A stretch of 64,000 bases of DNA from an uncultured Gammaproteobacteria bacterium (GTDB lineage: Bacteria; Pseudomonadota; Gammaproteobacteria; PS1; Pseudothioglobaceae), in NCBI GenBank assembly GCA_902512305.1, contig CABXIU010000003.1, positions 60,364 to 124,363 of the forward strand, in the 5' to 3' direction. The translations under genes and the position numbers were made by a program. This document shows, one piece after another, positions 49,202-57,825 of this stretch. Each line of letters opens with the position of its first letter. Position 1 is the stretch's first letter. Below the pieces are notes generated by a model, which had not been told where the DNA came from, searched no databases, and saw only the letters and a program-made list of their open reading frames with translations.

Positions 49202-50287
49202 TTAAAAAGCTTTAAAAATGTATATTTTTCCATTGATCAGATTATCCCCTTCTTTTCTTATCGTGATATTTTTTGATTCAATCAAAACAAATTTTCCAGA
49301 TGCTTGATTCATAATGTAGTTATCCGAGTGAGAATATCTTGAGCTTTTAAGAAGTGAGTAGCCATCATTTTCTTGAATTTCAGTAGAAAAAACAAAAAGT
49401 GATTCAGTATGACAAAATTTATGAACTGATTTAAAAATAGACTCAACATCTCCAACATAAATAAGAACGTCTAAAGCAACAAATAAGTCATATTTCTCTT
49501 GAACTGAGTTAAGAACTTCAACAATATCTCCGGTATGTAATTGATCATAAATATCTAACTCTTTTGCCTTTAAAATCATATTTTCAGAAATATCAATGCC
49601 AGAAAGATGTTCACTAATCTCTCTTAATCCGCTTCCAGATAAACCAGTTCCACAGCCAAGATCAATTGTTTTGGGATATTTAGTCACAGAAGTGGATTTT
49701 TGAATTATATCTTTAACTATAAATGGCAGTTTGTATTGCAATCCATAGACTAATGAATCATTAAATCTTTCTGCGTAATCATCAAAAAGGTTTTTGACAT
49801 ATTCTTTTGGAGGCTCTTTGCTTGTATGCCCAGTTAATGAATTAAGCATATGTTGAGGGATGGCATAATCAGGATATATTTCAAGTGCTTTCTCATAGCT
49901 TTGAATTGCCATTTCAAATTGCCTAAGACTAACATAACAACCACCCATCATATTGAAAAGAAGCGCATCTTTAGAATTAGTTTCAATTAATAACTCAAGT
50001 GTTTTGAGCGCATCAGTAATTTGGCCCTTTGAAAAAAAATAAATTACAGTGAGAATCTTATTTTTATGTTTATGAGAATAGTCAGGATTTATTGCTACTA
50101 CCTTTTTAAAGCTTCTTACAGCTTTGTCTAGTTGGCCAAGCTTATGATATAAATCACCAAGGTTATAGTAGGTCTCAGCATAGTCTGGTTTAATTGAAAT
50201 TGCCTCTTCATAGCTTATAATCGCATTGTCAAATTGATTTAATTTTCTATATTCGTTAGCCTGTTCATTTAGGATCAAATGTTTCAT
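49202..50287 (-). CDS. TPR-repeat SAM-dependent methyltransferase
   Basis: N-terminal TPRs (IKPDYAETYYNLG); YVKNLFDDYAERF, DLGCGTGL, DVLIYVGD, RYSHS. Confidence 0.88.
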   Translation of the reverse strand: MKHLILNEQANEYRKLNQFDNAIISYEEAISIKPDYAETYYNLGDLYHKLGQLDKAVRSFKKVVAINPDYSHKHKNKILTVIYFFSKGQITDALKTLELLIETNSKDALLFNMMGGCYVSLRQFEMAIQSYEKALEIYPDYAIPQHMLNSLTGHTSKEPPKEYVKNLFDDYAERFNDSLVYGLQYKLPFIVKDIIQKSTSVTKYPKTIDLGCGTGLSGSGLREISEHLSGIDISENMILKAKELDIYDQLHTGDIVEVLNSVQEKYDLFVALDVLIYVGDVESIFKSVHKFCHTESLFVFSTEIQENDGYSLLKSSRYSHSDNYIMNQASGKFVLIESKNITIRKEGDNLINGKIYIFKAF

Positions 50288-50421
50288 TGAATTATTACAA
50301 ATTTATGATTTATGATTAGCAATCTAGTTATATTGATTTTAGTTGAATATATTTTTGACAAAATTCATTTTGAACTATTTATAATTTCAACAACTCACCC
50401 TTTCTATAATAAAATTTAATT

Positions 50422-50877
50422 ATGGATAAATTGCTGAATGAGTTTTCTTTTGTATTCGATATGAATGTCGAATGGGGAGAGATGGACGCTCTTCAACATG
50501 TTAATAATGTTGAATATTTCAAATATTTTCAAAAAGCTCGAATTGCCTATTTTGAAAAAAATAATTCTGACAATCTGTTCACAGAAACAAGAATTTCAAC
50601 AATATTGGCATCCACTCAATGTAAATTTATCTATCCTCTTGCCTACCCGGATACAATATCTATCGGAGCGAGGATTGATTCAATGGCTGATGAATACTTT
50701 ACTATGAAATATTCTGTTGTTAGCCACAAACATCAAAGACTAGTCGCTATTGGCGATGCCAAGGTGGTAATGTTTGATTATGTTAACAATAAAAAAGCCT
50801 CTATACCTCCAAAGGTCAGAAGTAGAATCATTGATTTTGAAAAGTCTGTCCTAGAAATTACTGAAGAAAAAAAGTAA
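50422..50877 (+). CDS. Acyl-CoA thioesterase (4HBT/YbgC hotdog family)
   Basis: WGEMDALQHVNNVEYFKYFQKAR, PLAYPD. Confidence 0.92.
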   Translation: MDKLLNEFSFVFDMNVEWGEMDALQHVNNVEYFKYFQKARIAYFEKNNSDNLFTETRISTILASTQCKFIYPLAYPDTISIGARIDSMADEYFTMKYSVVSHKHQRLVAIGDAKVVMFDYVNNKKASIPPKVRSRIIDFEKSVLEITEEKK

Positions 50878-50882
50878 TCAAG

Positions 50883-50987
50883 TGGCACTCTAGAGGAGGG
50901 TGTTAGTAGCCAATCAAAGCAAAGGAGGGCTTTGATGTGAGATGAGCTACTATCATTATTGGCTATTCTCACAATAGCCTTAGGAGA
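50883..50987 (+). ncRNA. Candidate structured RNA/attenuator between the thioesterase and oppA
   Basis: GC-richer patch in an AT-rich spacer with several overlapping helices and GGA/GGAGG in loops. Confidence 0.4.
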
Positions 50988-51054
50988 ACAATATACAAAT
51001 TATATTTATTCGGTTAATTTGCTTTGTGTTGAATTGATGAATTTATGATGTAGT

Positions 51055-51083
51055 TTGATATTGAACTAGGTAATTTATATAAA
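51055..51083 (+). promoter_or_regulatory. Candidate sigma70 promoter of oppA
   Basis: TTGATA (51055-51060), 17 nt, TATAAA (51078-51083). Confidence 0.4.
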
Positions 51084-51178
51084 AACTTAGTACTATTCTC
51101 AAAAAAAGTATAAACTTCTTTATATCCTCATTTAAATATGGCGGATCTTTAATTTTTTTTATTATTTAGGAGAGAAAT

Positions 51179-52804
51179 ATGAACTATTTGCCAAAATCTT
51201 TGGCTATGGGTTTCTTATTGGCGATATTTGCTTCCTCATCAGTGATGGCTGCAACTCACCCAGTAACCGGAGAAACTCTTGCTGAAGATCAAACATTTAC
51301 CTACAGTTTGCTCGATGAATTTACTTCAGTCGACCCTCAAATTGTTGAAGATGTTTCTGGTTCAGACATTGTTCGCGACCTATTTGAAGGTTTGATGAAT
51401 CAAGATGCTGACGGTAACCTTGTTCCGGGTGTTGCAACAGGATATACAACTAATGATGCAAAGGATGTTTATACCTTTACGCTTCGTGACAATGCAATGT
51501 GGTCTGATGGTAACCCTGTTACTGCTCACGACTTTGTTTACGGTTGGAGGCGTCTTGCTGATCCTGCTACTGCTTCACCTTATTCTTGGTTTGCTGAAAT
51601 TATGGCGCTTGAAAATGTCGGAGCTGTTATGTCAGGTGAAGCATCACCAGAAACTTTAGGTGTGTCAGCATTAGATAACCACACGCTTGAAGTTAGATTA
51701 ACTTCATCCTTACCATACTTTGCTGCAATGACAACGCATGCCTCAACTTATCCAACTCCAGAGTGGGTTGTAAGAACATCAGGCAGTGATTGGACTAAAC
51801 CTGAAAATATCGTTTCTAACGGTGCATATGTTTTGACAGAGCATATTCCAAACGAGCGTTCAGTACGTGAGCGTAATTCTTTATACTGGAATAATGATGC
51901 AACCATTCTAGAGAAGGTTGTAGCCCTAGTTATTAATGATGAAAATGTTGATTTCACTCGTTATTTAGCTAATGAGCTTGATAAAGGTACAGTCCCTTCT
52001 GGTCAATTTATTCGCTTGAAGCAGGACTATCCTGATGAAGCTACTTCGTTCCCAAGACTTTGTAACTACTATATGACATTTAACTTGTCTGATAGTGGTC
52101 CTGAAGCCTTTAAAGATGTTAGAGTTCGTCAAGCACTTGCTTATGCAATTGACCGTTCAGTAATTACTGAAAAGATTTTGCAGGCTGGACAAATTAATGC
52201 CTTCACCTTTACTCCTGGTGCAACAGCAGGTTTTGAAGTGCCTCCAGTAGCATTTGGACAAATGTCTCAAGATGAGCGTGAAGCCAAAGCGAAAGAGCTT
52301 CTTGCTGACGCAGGTTATGGTGCTGGCAATCCGCTAAGCTTTGAGTACATTTACAATACTTCTGAGGGACATAAGAAGATTGCAATTGCTGCTCAACAAA
52401 TGTGGAAAGAAGTGCTTGGTGCGCAAGTTACATTAGCAAATCAAGAATGGAAGACATTCCTGAAAACACGTGGTGCTCAAGGATTTGAGTTGGCACGTGG
52501 TGCATGGTGTGGAGACTATAATGAAGCCTCAACATTCTTAGATCTACTTACTTCACCATCTGGCTATAACGATGGTAAATTTAGCAATGCTGAAGTAGAC
52601 TCTTTAATGTTAGATGCAAGAACTATGGATGATGCATCGGCTAATTACACTCGTGTTGAGGAAATCTTGGCAAATGAAATGCCAGTGATTCCAATTTATC
52701 ACTATGCAGGTGTATTTATGCTTAAGACTAACGTTAAAGGTTGGCCTTATGACAACGTAGAGCAAAACTGGTATTCTCGTAATCTTTATAAAGTTGCGAA
52801 GTAA
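51179..52804 (+). CDS. oppA: Oligopeptide ABC transporter substrate-binding protein
   Basis: Signal peptide; DLFEGL, WSDG.PVTAHDFVYGWRRL.DP, VSNGAY, DVRVRQAL, RGAWCGDYNE. Confidence 0.92.
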   Translation: MNYLPKSLAMGFLLAIFASSSVMAATHPVTGETLAEDQTFTYSLLDEFTSVDPQIVEDVSGSDIVRDLFEGLMNQDADGNLVPGVATGYTTNDAKDVYTFTLRDNAMWSDGNPVTAHDFVYGWRRLADPATASPYSWFAEIMALENVGAVMSGEASPETLGVSALDNHTLEVRLTSSLPYFAAMTTHASTYPTPEWVVRTSGSDWTKPENIVSNGAYVLTEHIPNERSVRERNSLYWNNDATILEKVVALVINDENVDFTRYLANELDKGTVPSGQFIRLKQDYPDEATSFPRLCNYYMTFNLSDSGPEAFKDVRVRQALAYAIDRSVITEKILQAGQINAFTFTPGATAGFEVPPVAFGQMSQDEREAKAKELLADAGYGAGNPLSFEYIYNTSEGHKKIAIAAQQMWKEVLGAQVTLANQEWKTFLKTRGAQGFELARGAWCGDYNEASTFLDLLTSPSGYNDGKFSNAEVDSLMLDARTMDDASANYTRVEEILANEMPVIPIYHYAGVFMLKTNVKGWPYDNVEQNWYSRNLYKVAK

Positions 52805-52823
52805 TATTTAGTTTTTAAAAAAT

Positions 52824-52859
52824 AAAGCACCACGCAGAGATTGTGTGGTGCTTTTTTTT
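52824..52859 (+). terminator. Stem-loop/terminator after oppA
   Basis: AAAGCACCACGCA-GAGAT-TGTGTGGTGC followed by 8 T. Confidence 0.75.
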
Positions 52860-52909
52860 GTTTGTACGGTACAATAATTCAATAAATTTTTTTCTGATCA
52901 AATTCGGAT

Positions 52910-53833
52910 ATGATCAACTACATAATTAAGCGAATTGGAATTGCCATACCGACACTTCTTATTCTTATTGCAGTTAGCTTTTATTTGATGCATGCTGCAC
53001 CAGGAGGTCCTTTTACATCTGAGAGACCCCTGCCTCCCCAAGTCCTTGCTAATATTGAAGCTAAATATGGGCTAGATCAGCCAATATGGCGTCAAATGAT
53101 TAACTATCTATGGGGCGTTATAACCCAATTTGATTTTGGTCCGTCCTATAAATATCATGATAGAACAGTCAATGAAATCATCGGACATGGTTTTCCGATT
53201 ACGCTAAAGTATGGCTTCTGGTCATTTATTGTTGCCGTTGGAGTGGGTATACCTTTAGGGGCAATTGCTGCAATTCGAAAAAATACTTGGATTGATTACT
53301 TGGCTGTTGGTATATCTATAGGAGCACAAGTGCTGCCAAATTTTGTCATGGCGCCGTTACTCATTATTGTGTTTACTTTGTGGCTTGATTGGCTTCCAGG
53401 GGGTGGATGGAATGGCGGGGCATGGCAGTATCTCATCATGCCAATCATTGCACTCTCAACCAGTTATATGGCATCTATTGCTCGAATTACACGATCATCG
53501 ATGCTCGAGGTTTTAAATACAAACTATATTAGAACCGCTAAATCTAAAGGACTTCCAACTAAAGTGATTTTCTTTAGGCACGTATTAAAACCTTCACTTC
53601 TACCAGTTATTTCTTATCTCGGACCAGCATTTGTTGGATTAATTACTGGTTCAGTCATTATCGATATATATTTTTCAACAGGTGGAATGGGTTACTTTTT
53701 TGTTAATGCAGCATTTAATCGAGACTATTCAGTCATGATGGGAATCACAATTGTTGTAGGCAGTCTTACAATTTTATTTAGCTTGATTGCTGATCTATTG
53801 TATGCCTGGATAGATCCAAAAATACGTTATTAA
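52910..53833 (+). CDS. oppB: Oligopeptide ABC permease
   Basis: APGGPFT.ER, DFGPSYKY, YIRTAKSKGL, NRDY, DPKIRY. Confidence 0.94.
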   Translation: MINYIIKRIGIAIPTLLILIAVSFYLMHAAPGGPFTSERPLPPQVLANIEAKYGLDQPIWRQMINYLWGVITQFDFGPSYKYHDRTVNEIIGHGFPITLKYGFWSFIVAVGVGIPLGAIAAIRKNTWIDYLAVGISIGAQVLPNFVMAPLLIIVFTLWLDWLPGGGWNGGAWQYLIMPIIALSTSYMASIARITRSSMLEVLNTNYIRTAKSKGLPTKVIFFRHVLKPSLLPVISYLGPAFVGLITGSVIIDIYFSTGGMGYFFVNAAFNRDYSVMMGITIVVGSLTILFSLIADLLYAWIDPKIRY

Positions 53834-53836
53834 TCT

Positions 53837-54763
53837 ATGATAGTAGCGAATAAAAACAAGATCAAAGATATGGCAGACAACCTTTCTGAATCTGGTGCCG
53901 GTCGTTCGCTTTGGAAAGATGCTCGCATACGATTTATGCAAAACAAGGCTGCAACTATCAGTCTTTTTATTTTGTTGGCTATTGTCTCCTTTTCTTTTAT
54001 AGGGCCATACTTTGCTGTTTGGAGTTATGAGCAGATAGATTGGAATGCAATGGGCTCAGCAGCTCGAGTGGGTATGCCTTCAATTGAAAGTGGTCATTTC
54101 TTTGGAACGGATGACCTTGGTCGCGATCTCTACTCACGAGTTATACAAGGTACTCAAATATCACTAATGGTCGGTGTTCTAGGGGCCTCAGTAGCGGTGA
54201 TTGTGGGAACTCTCTATGGGGCAACTTCTGGTTATTTGGGTGGAAAGACTGATCAAATCATGATGCGAATTGTCGATATATTAATGTCAATTCCCTATAT
54301 GTTTGTTTTAATACTTCTACTTGTCGTTTTTGGTCGATCCATTGGCATGTTATTTATTGGTATTGGACTTCTATCCTGGTTAGATATGAGCAGAATTGTT
54401 CGGGGTCAAACGCTTAATCTGAAAAATATGGAGTTTATTGAGGCAGCTAAGGTTACTGGTGTGAGTGATTTTAAGATTATTACTCGCCATATTGTTCCTA
54501 ATCTTTTAGGCATTGTCGCTGTTTACGCAACCTTATTGGTTCCAGGAATAATTCTAGCTGAAAGCTTTATTTCTTTCTTAGGATTAGGGGTACAAGAGCC
54601 CTCTACTAGTTGGGGCGCTTTAATTAAGGAAGGTGCAGGAACCATTAGCTATGAAACTGAGTGGCAATTATTGTTTCCATTGGCCTTTTTTGTTGTAAGC
54701 CTTTTTTGCTTTTATTTTATTGGTGACGGTCTTCGCGACGCACTTGACCCCAAGGATAGGTAG
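53837..54763 (+). CDS. oppC: Oligopeptide ABC permease
   Basis: GRSLWKDA, FGTDDLGRD, EFIEAA, GDGLRDALDPKDR. Confidence 0.94.
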   Translation: MIVANKNKIKDMADNLSESGAGRSLWKDARIRFMQNKAATISLFILLAIVSFSFIGPYFAVWSYEQIDWNAMGSAARVGMPSIESGHFFGTDDLGRDLYSRVIQGTQISLMVGVLGASVAVIVGTLYGATSGYLGGKTDQIMMRIVDILMSIPYMFVLILLLVVFGRSIGMLFIGIGLLSWLDMSRIVRGQTLNLKNMEFIEAAKVTGVSDFKIITRHIVPNLLGIVAVYATLLVPGIILAESFISFLGLGVQEPSTSWGALIKEGAGTISYETEWQLLFPLAFFVVSLFCFYFIGDGLRDALDPKDR

Positions 54764-54769
54764 GCCTGA

Positions 54770-55741
54770 ATGAGTTTATTAGAAGTCAATAATCTTAAGG
54801 TTGAGTTTGAGACTGCTGATGGTATTGTAAATGCTGTCAATAATGTTAATTTTTCTATTGATGAAGGAAAGATTCTAGCTATTGTGGGTGAGTCAGGAAG
54901 TGGAAAAAGTCAGACCGTATTTGCAATGACTGGACTGCTCGATCATAACGGTAGTGCAACGGGTAGCGTTAAATTTGAGGGAGAAGAAATTCTTAATCTC
55001 TCAAATCAGAAATTAAATCAAATTAGAGCTGAAAAAATTGCAATGATTTTCCAAGACCCTATGACCAGTCTCAATCCTTATGTGAGAGTTTCTGAACAGA
55101 TGACTGAAGTCTTAGTTCATCATCAAGGTATTTCAAAGTCAGATGCTCTGAAACAATCTATTAGTATGTTAGATGCTGTCAGAATTCCTGACGCAAGTAA
55201 TCGAGTGAGAATGTATCCTCATGAGTTTTCAGGTGGAATGAGACAACGCGTAATGATTGCAATGTCTCTCTTATGTCGACCAAAATTGCTCATTGCTGAT
55301 GAGCCCACAACTGCACTTGATGTTACTGTTCAGGCACAAATTATGCAGCTGTTATCAGACCTACAAAAAGAGTTTGGAATGTCAATTATTTTGATTACTC
55401 ATGACCTAGGAGTTGTTGCTGGAAACAGTGATGATATGTTGGTGATGTATGGCGGTGAAATTATGGAGATTGGTAAAACTGAAAACATATACTCAGCTTC
55501 AACTCACCCATATACCCAAGGATTGATGACTGCTGTTCCTAGGCTTGATGATTCAGAAGAGAGACTAATTACAATTCCTGGCAACCCGCCAAACATGATG
55601 AAAGCTCCTGTAGGTTGTCCTTTTTCTCCAAGATGTAAGTTCTCGATAGATACTTGCTCCAAAGTTTCACCTGTATTAATAAATGTTAGCAAAAACAATC
55701 ACTTAAGAGCCTGTCACGTTGCAACTGAGGAAATATTATGA
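54770..55741 (+). CDS. oppD: Oligopeptide ABC ATPase
   Basis: GESGSGKS, FQDPMTSLNP, YPHEFSGGMRQR, C-terminal Cys motif. Confidence 0.94.
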   Translation: MSLLEVNNLKVEFETADGIVNAVNNVNFSIDEGKILAIVGESGSGKSQTVFAMTGLLDHNGSATGSVKFEGEEILNLSNQKLNQIRAEKIAMIFQDPMTSLNPYVRVSEQMTEVLVHHQGISKSDALKQSISMLDAVRIPDASNRVRMYPHEFSGGMRQRVMIAMSLLCRPKLLIADEPTTALDVTVQAQIMQLLSDLQKEFGMSIILITHDLGVVAGNSDDMLVMYGGEIMEIGKTENIYSASTHPYTQGLMTAVPRLDDSEERLITIPGNPPNMMKAPVGCPFSPRCKFSIDTCSKVSPVLINVSKNNHLRACHVATEEIL

Positions 55742-56724
55742 GTAATCAAACAATCCTTGAGGTTGAAAATTTAACGGTAAACTTTGATGTTAGTTCAGAG
55801 GGTGATATGCCCTGGACAAAAGCAAAAAAACTTCAAGCGGTGAATGATATTTCATTTTCTTTAAGTGCTGGAGAAACTCTTGGGGTAGTAGGAGAATCTG
55901 GGTGCGGAAAATCTACTCTTGCTAGAGCTATCGTAAAAATGGTACCTGCAGAATCTGGAAAAGTTGTATGGCTAGGTAATGATTTACTTGGTTTAAGTCA
56001 TTCCGAAGCTAGACAGTATCGCAAACAAATTCAAATGATCTTTCAAGACCCTTTGGCAAGTCTTAATCCACGTATGAATATTGGAGAGATTATTGCTGAG
56101 CCATTAAGAACACATTATCCAAAAACACCAGAGTCTGATGTAAAGGCTCGGGTAAGGGATGTAATGCATAAAGTTGGGCTACTTGATAATTTAGTGAATC
56201 GGTATCCTCATGAGTTTTCAGGAGGTCAATGTCAGAGAATTGGAATTGCGCGCGCTTTAATTTTAAAGCCTAAGCTTATAATTTGTGATGAGCCAGTTTC
56301 AGCTTTAGATGTTTCTATTCAGGCGCAAGTTGTTAATTTATTAATGGATTTGCAAGAAGAGATGGATCTAGCGTTAATATTTATCGCTCATGATTTGAGT
56401 GTCGTCAAGCATATCAGCACTAAAATTATGGTCCTCTATTTGGGAAATATGGTCGAACTTGCAAACAGTAATGATATTTATCAAAGCCCTAGCCACCCCT
56501 ATACGCAAGCACTCATTTCTGCGGTCCCAATACCAGATCCAAATGTTGAAAAAAACAAAGAGTTAATCTTGATAGAAGGAGATTTACCATCACCGATTAA
56601 CCCTCCTTCTGGCTGCGTTTTTAGGACAAGATGTCAAAAAGCGCAGGATATCTGCTCACAGCAGAAACCTGAATATAAGGAGGTTGCAACGAGTCATAGC
56701 GTTGCTTGCCACTTTAATGATTAA
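55738..56724 (+). CDS. oppF: Oligopeptide ABC ATPase
   Basis: GESGCGKS, FQDPLASLNPR, SGGQCQR, PSPINPPSGC.FRTRC. Confidence 0.94.
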   Translation: MSNQTILEVENLTVNFDVSSEGDMPWTKAKKLQAVNDISFSLSAGETLGVVGESGCGKSTLARAIVKMVPAESGKVVWLGNDLLGLSHSEARQYRKQIQMIFQDPLASLNPRMNIGEIIAEPLRTHYPKTPESDVKARVRDVMHKVGLLDNLVNRYPHEFSGGQCQRIGIARALILKPKLIICDEPVSALDVSIQAQVVNLLMDLQEEMDLALIFIAHDLSVVKHISTKIMVLYLGNMVELANSNDIYQSPSHPYTQALISAVPIPDPNVEKNKELILIEGDLPSPINPPSGCVFRTRCQKAQDICSQQKPEYKEVATSHSVACHFND

Positions 56725-56848
56725 ATTTCTCAAAAAGCGTATTAAAAATAAATGGCTATTGATTGTATTGCCTTTTCTATTTTTTCTAATCAAGGGGTTG
56801 ATATGGCTAGCTATTTTCTATGGTCTTTGGGATTTTATTAAAAGTTAA
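56717..56848 (+). CDS. 43-aa small membrane protein overlapping the end of oppF (not in ORF track)
   Basis: Hand translation MIKFLKKRIKNKWLLIVLPFLFFLIKGLIWLAIFYGLWDFIKS; 8-nt overlap with oppF; fills the gap to the next gene. Confidence 0.7.
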   Translation: MIKFLKKRIKNKWLLIVLPFLFFLIKGLIWLAIFYGLWDFIKS

Positions 56849-56849
56849 A

Positions 56850-57191
56850 CTAAATTCCTTCAGTAAGCCTCAATTTTGAAATTTTTTTTGGATTCATATT
56901 TAATTTTTTGATTAGAGGATGATACTTATCGATAACCCTCCAATAGGGTAAATCATCTCCTAGCTCTTCGATTGCTTTTCTTAAAAAAATTCCTGTGGTT
57001 AATGGGCATGTATTGTCAGCACCTTTTGCTCTAGCCAAGTCTAATCGCATCTCTTTTATAGTTTTAGAGGAGCCTAAAGGGATTTGTTTAATATAGTTTG
57101 CAATCTTTTCTGGTGAAGAAATGAGCATCTTTTGACCAGCTATCATGTCAGAAAAACTTTTATCAAGAACTTTGACGATATTCTTGCTCAT
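56850..57191 (-). CDS. MGMT/alkyltransferase-like DNA-binding protein
   Basis: IKQIPLG, TCPLTTGIF, LPYWRVI in place of PCHRV. Confidence 0.7.
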   Translation of the reverse strand: MSKNIVKVLDKSFSDMIAGQKMLISSPEKIANYIKQIPLGSSKTIKEMRLDLARAKGADNTCPLTTGIFLRKAIEELGDDLPYWRVIDKYHPLIKKLNMNPKKISKLRLTEGI

Positions 57192-57217
57192 TAAAATTAA
57201 GAGACTCCAAAATTGAT

Positions 57218-57784
57218 TTATTTTTTAACTTGAGATAGGACTTCCTTCATGCCTTCTTTATTTTCGAAGATTTCTTTTTCAGTGAGTCCGTCCATTTCGT
57301 GAGGAAATACTAGCCAATCATCTGTCTCATGAATAAAGTAATCAGGTTCGATATCTATGATATTCCTTTCCGGTTTATACCAAGGCATTGCCATTCGAAT
57401 GTCATGAGGGATATTCTTCCTAGCTTTTTCTTTAAGCGTATCAAGAATTGCCTTAATGCTTCTTCCAGAGTCAAATACGTCATCAACGATGAGTAATTTG
57501 TCTTCTGCATTCATGTGACTAATGAGGTAGTCAATTCCATGCACTCTTACTTCCTTAGATTGTTGATTCAGGCCGTAATATGAAGAGGTACGAATGGCGA
57601 TGTGGTCTGAATCGTTTCCTAGGTATGCAAGTATTTCTTGGATGGCTATTCCAACAGGCGTTCCACCCCTCCAAACGCCAACAATAAAGTTAGGCTTGAA
57701 GCCACTGTTATGAATTTGAACTCCTAGTTTAAAGGAGTCATGAACAAGCTCATCAGCTGTTATATAAGTTTTTGCAATTGACAT
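57218..57784 (-). CDS. Purine (hypoxanthine/xanthine) phosphoribosyltransferase family
   Basis: VWRGG, LIVDDVFDSGRS PRPP motif, WLVFPHE. Confidence 0.85.
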   Translation of the reverse strand: MSIAKTYITADELVHDSFKLGVQIHNSGFKPNFIVGVWRGGTPVGIAIQEILAYLGNDSDHIAIRTSSYYGLNQQSKEVRVHGIDYLISHMNAEDKLLIVDDVFDSGRSIKAILDTLKEKARKNIPHDIRMAMPWYKPERNIIDIEPDYFIHETDDWLVFPHEMDGLTEKEIFENKEGMKEVLSQVKK

Positions 57785-57825
57785 ATAAGTTTTCCGAAAG
57801 TTTATAGATAAATTTTAAATGGTTT

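Noticed and set aside
50778-50972. 64-aa minus-strand ORF across the structured element
   Set aside because: Overlaps the thioesterase antisense by 100 nt and has no motif; better explained by the RNA-like element
50935-51048. Selenocysteine or readthrough protein from ATG-TGA-GAT-GAG-CTA (hydrophobic frame DELLSLLAILTIALG...)
   Set aside because: UGA at codon 2 is implausible for Sec, no recognisable SECIS was seen, and TGA is a normal stop elsewhere in the window
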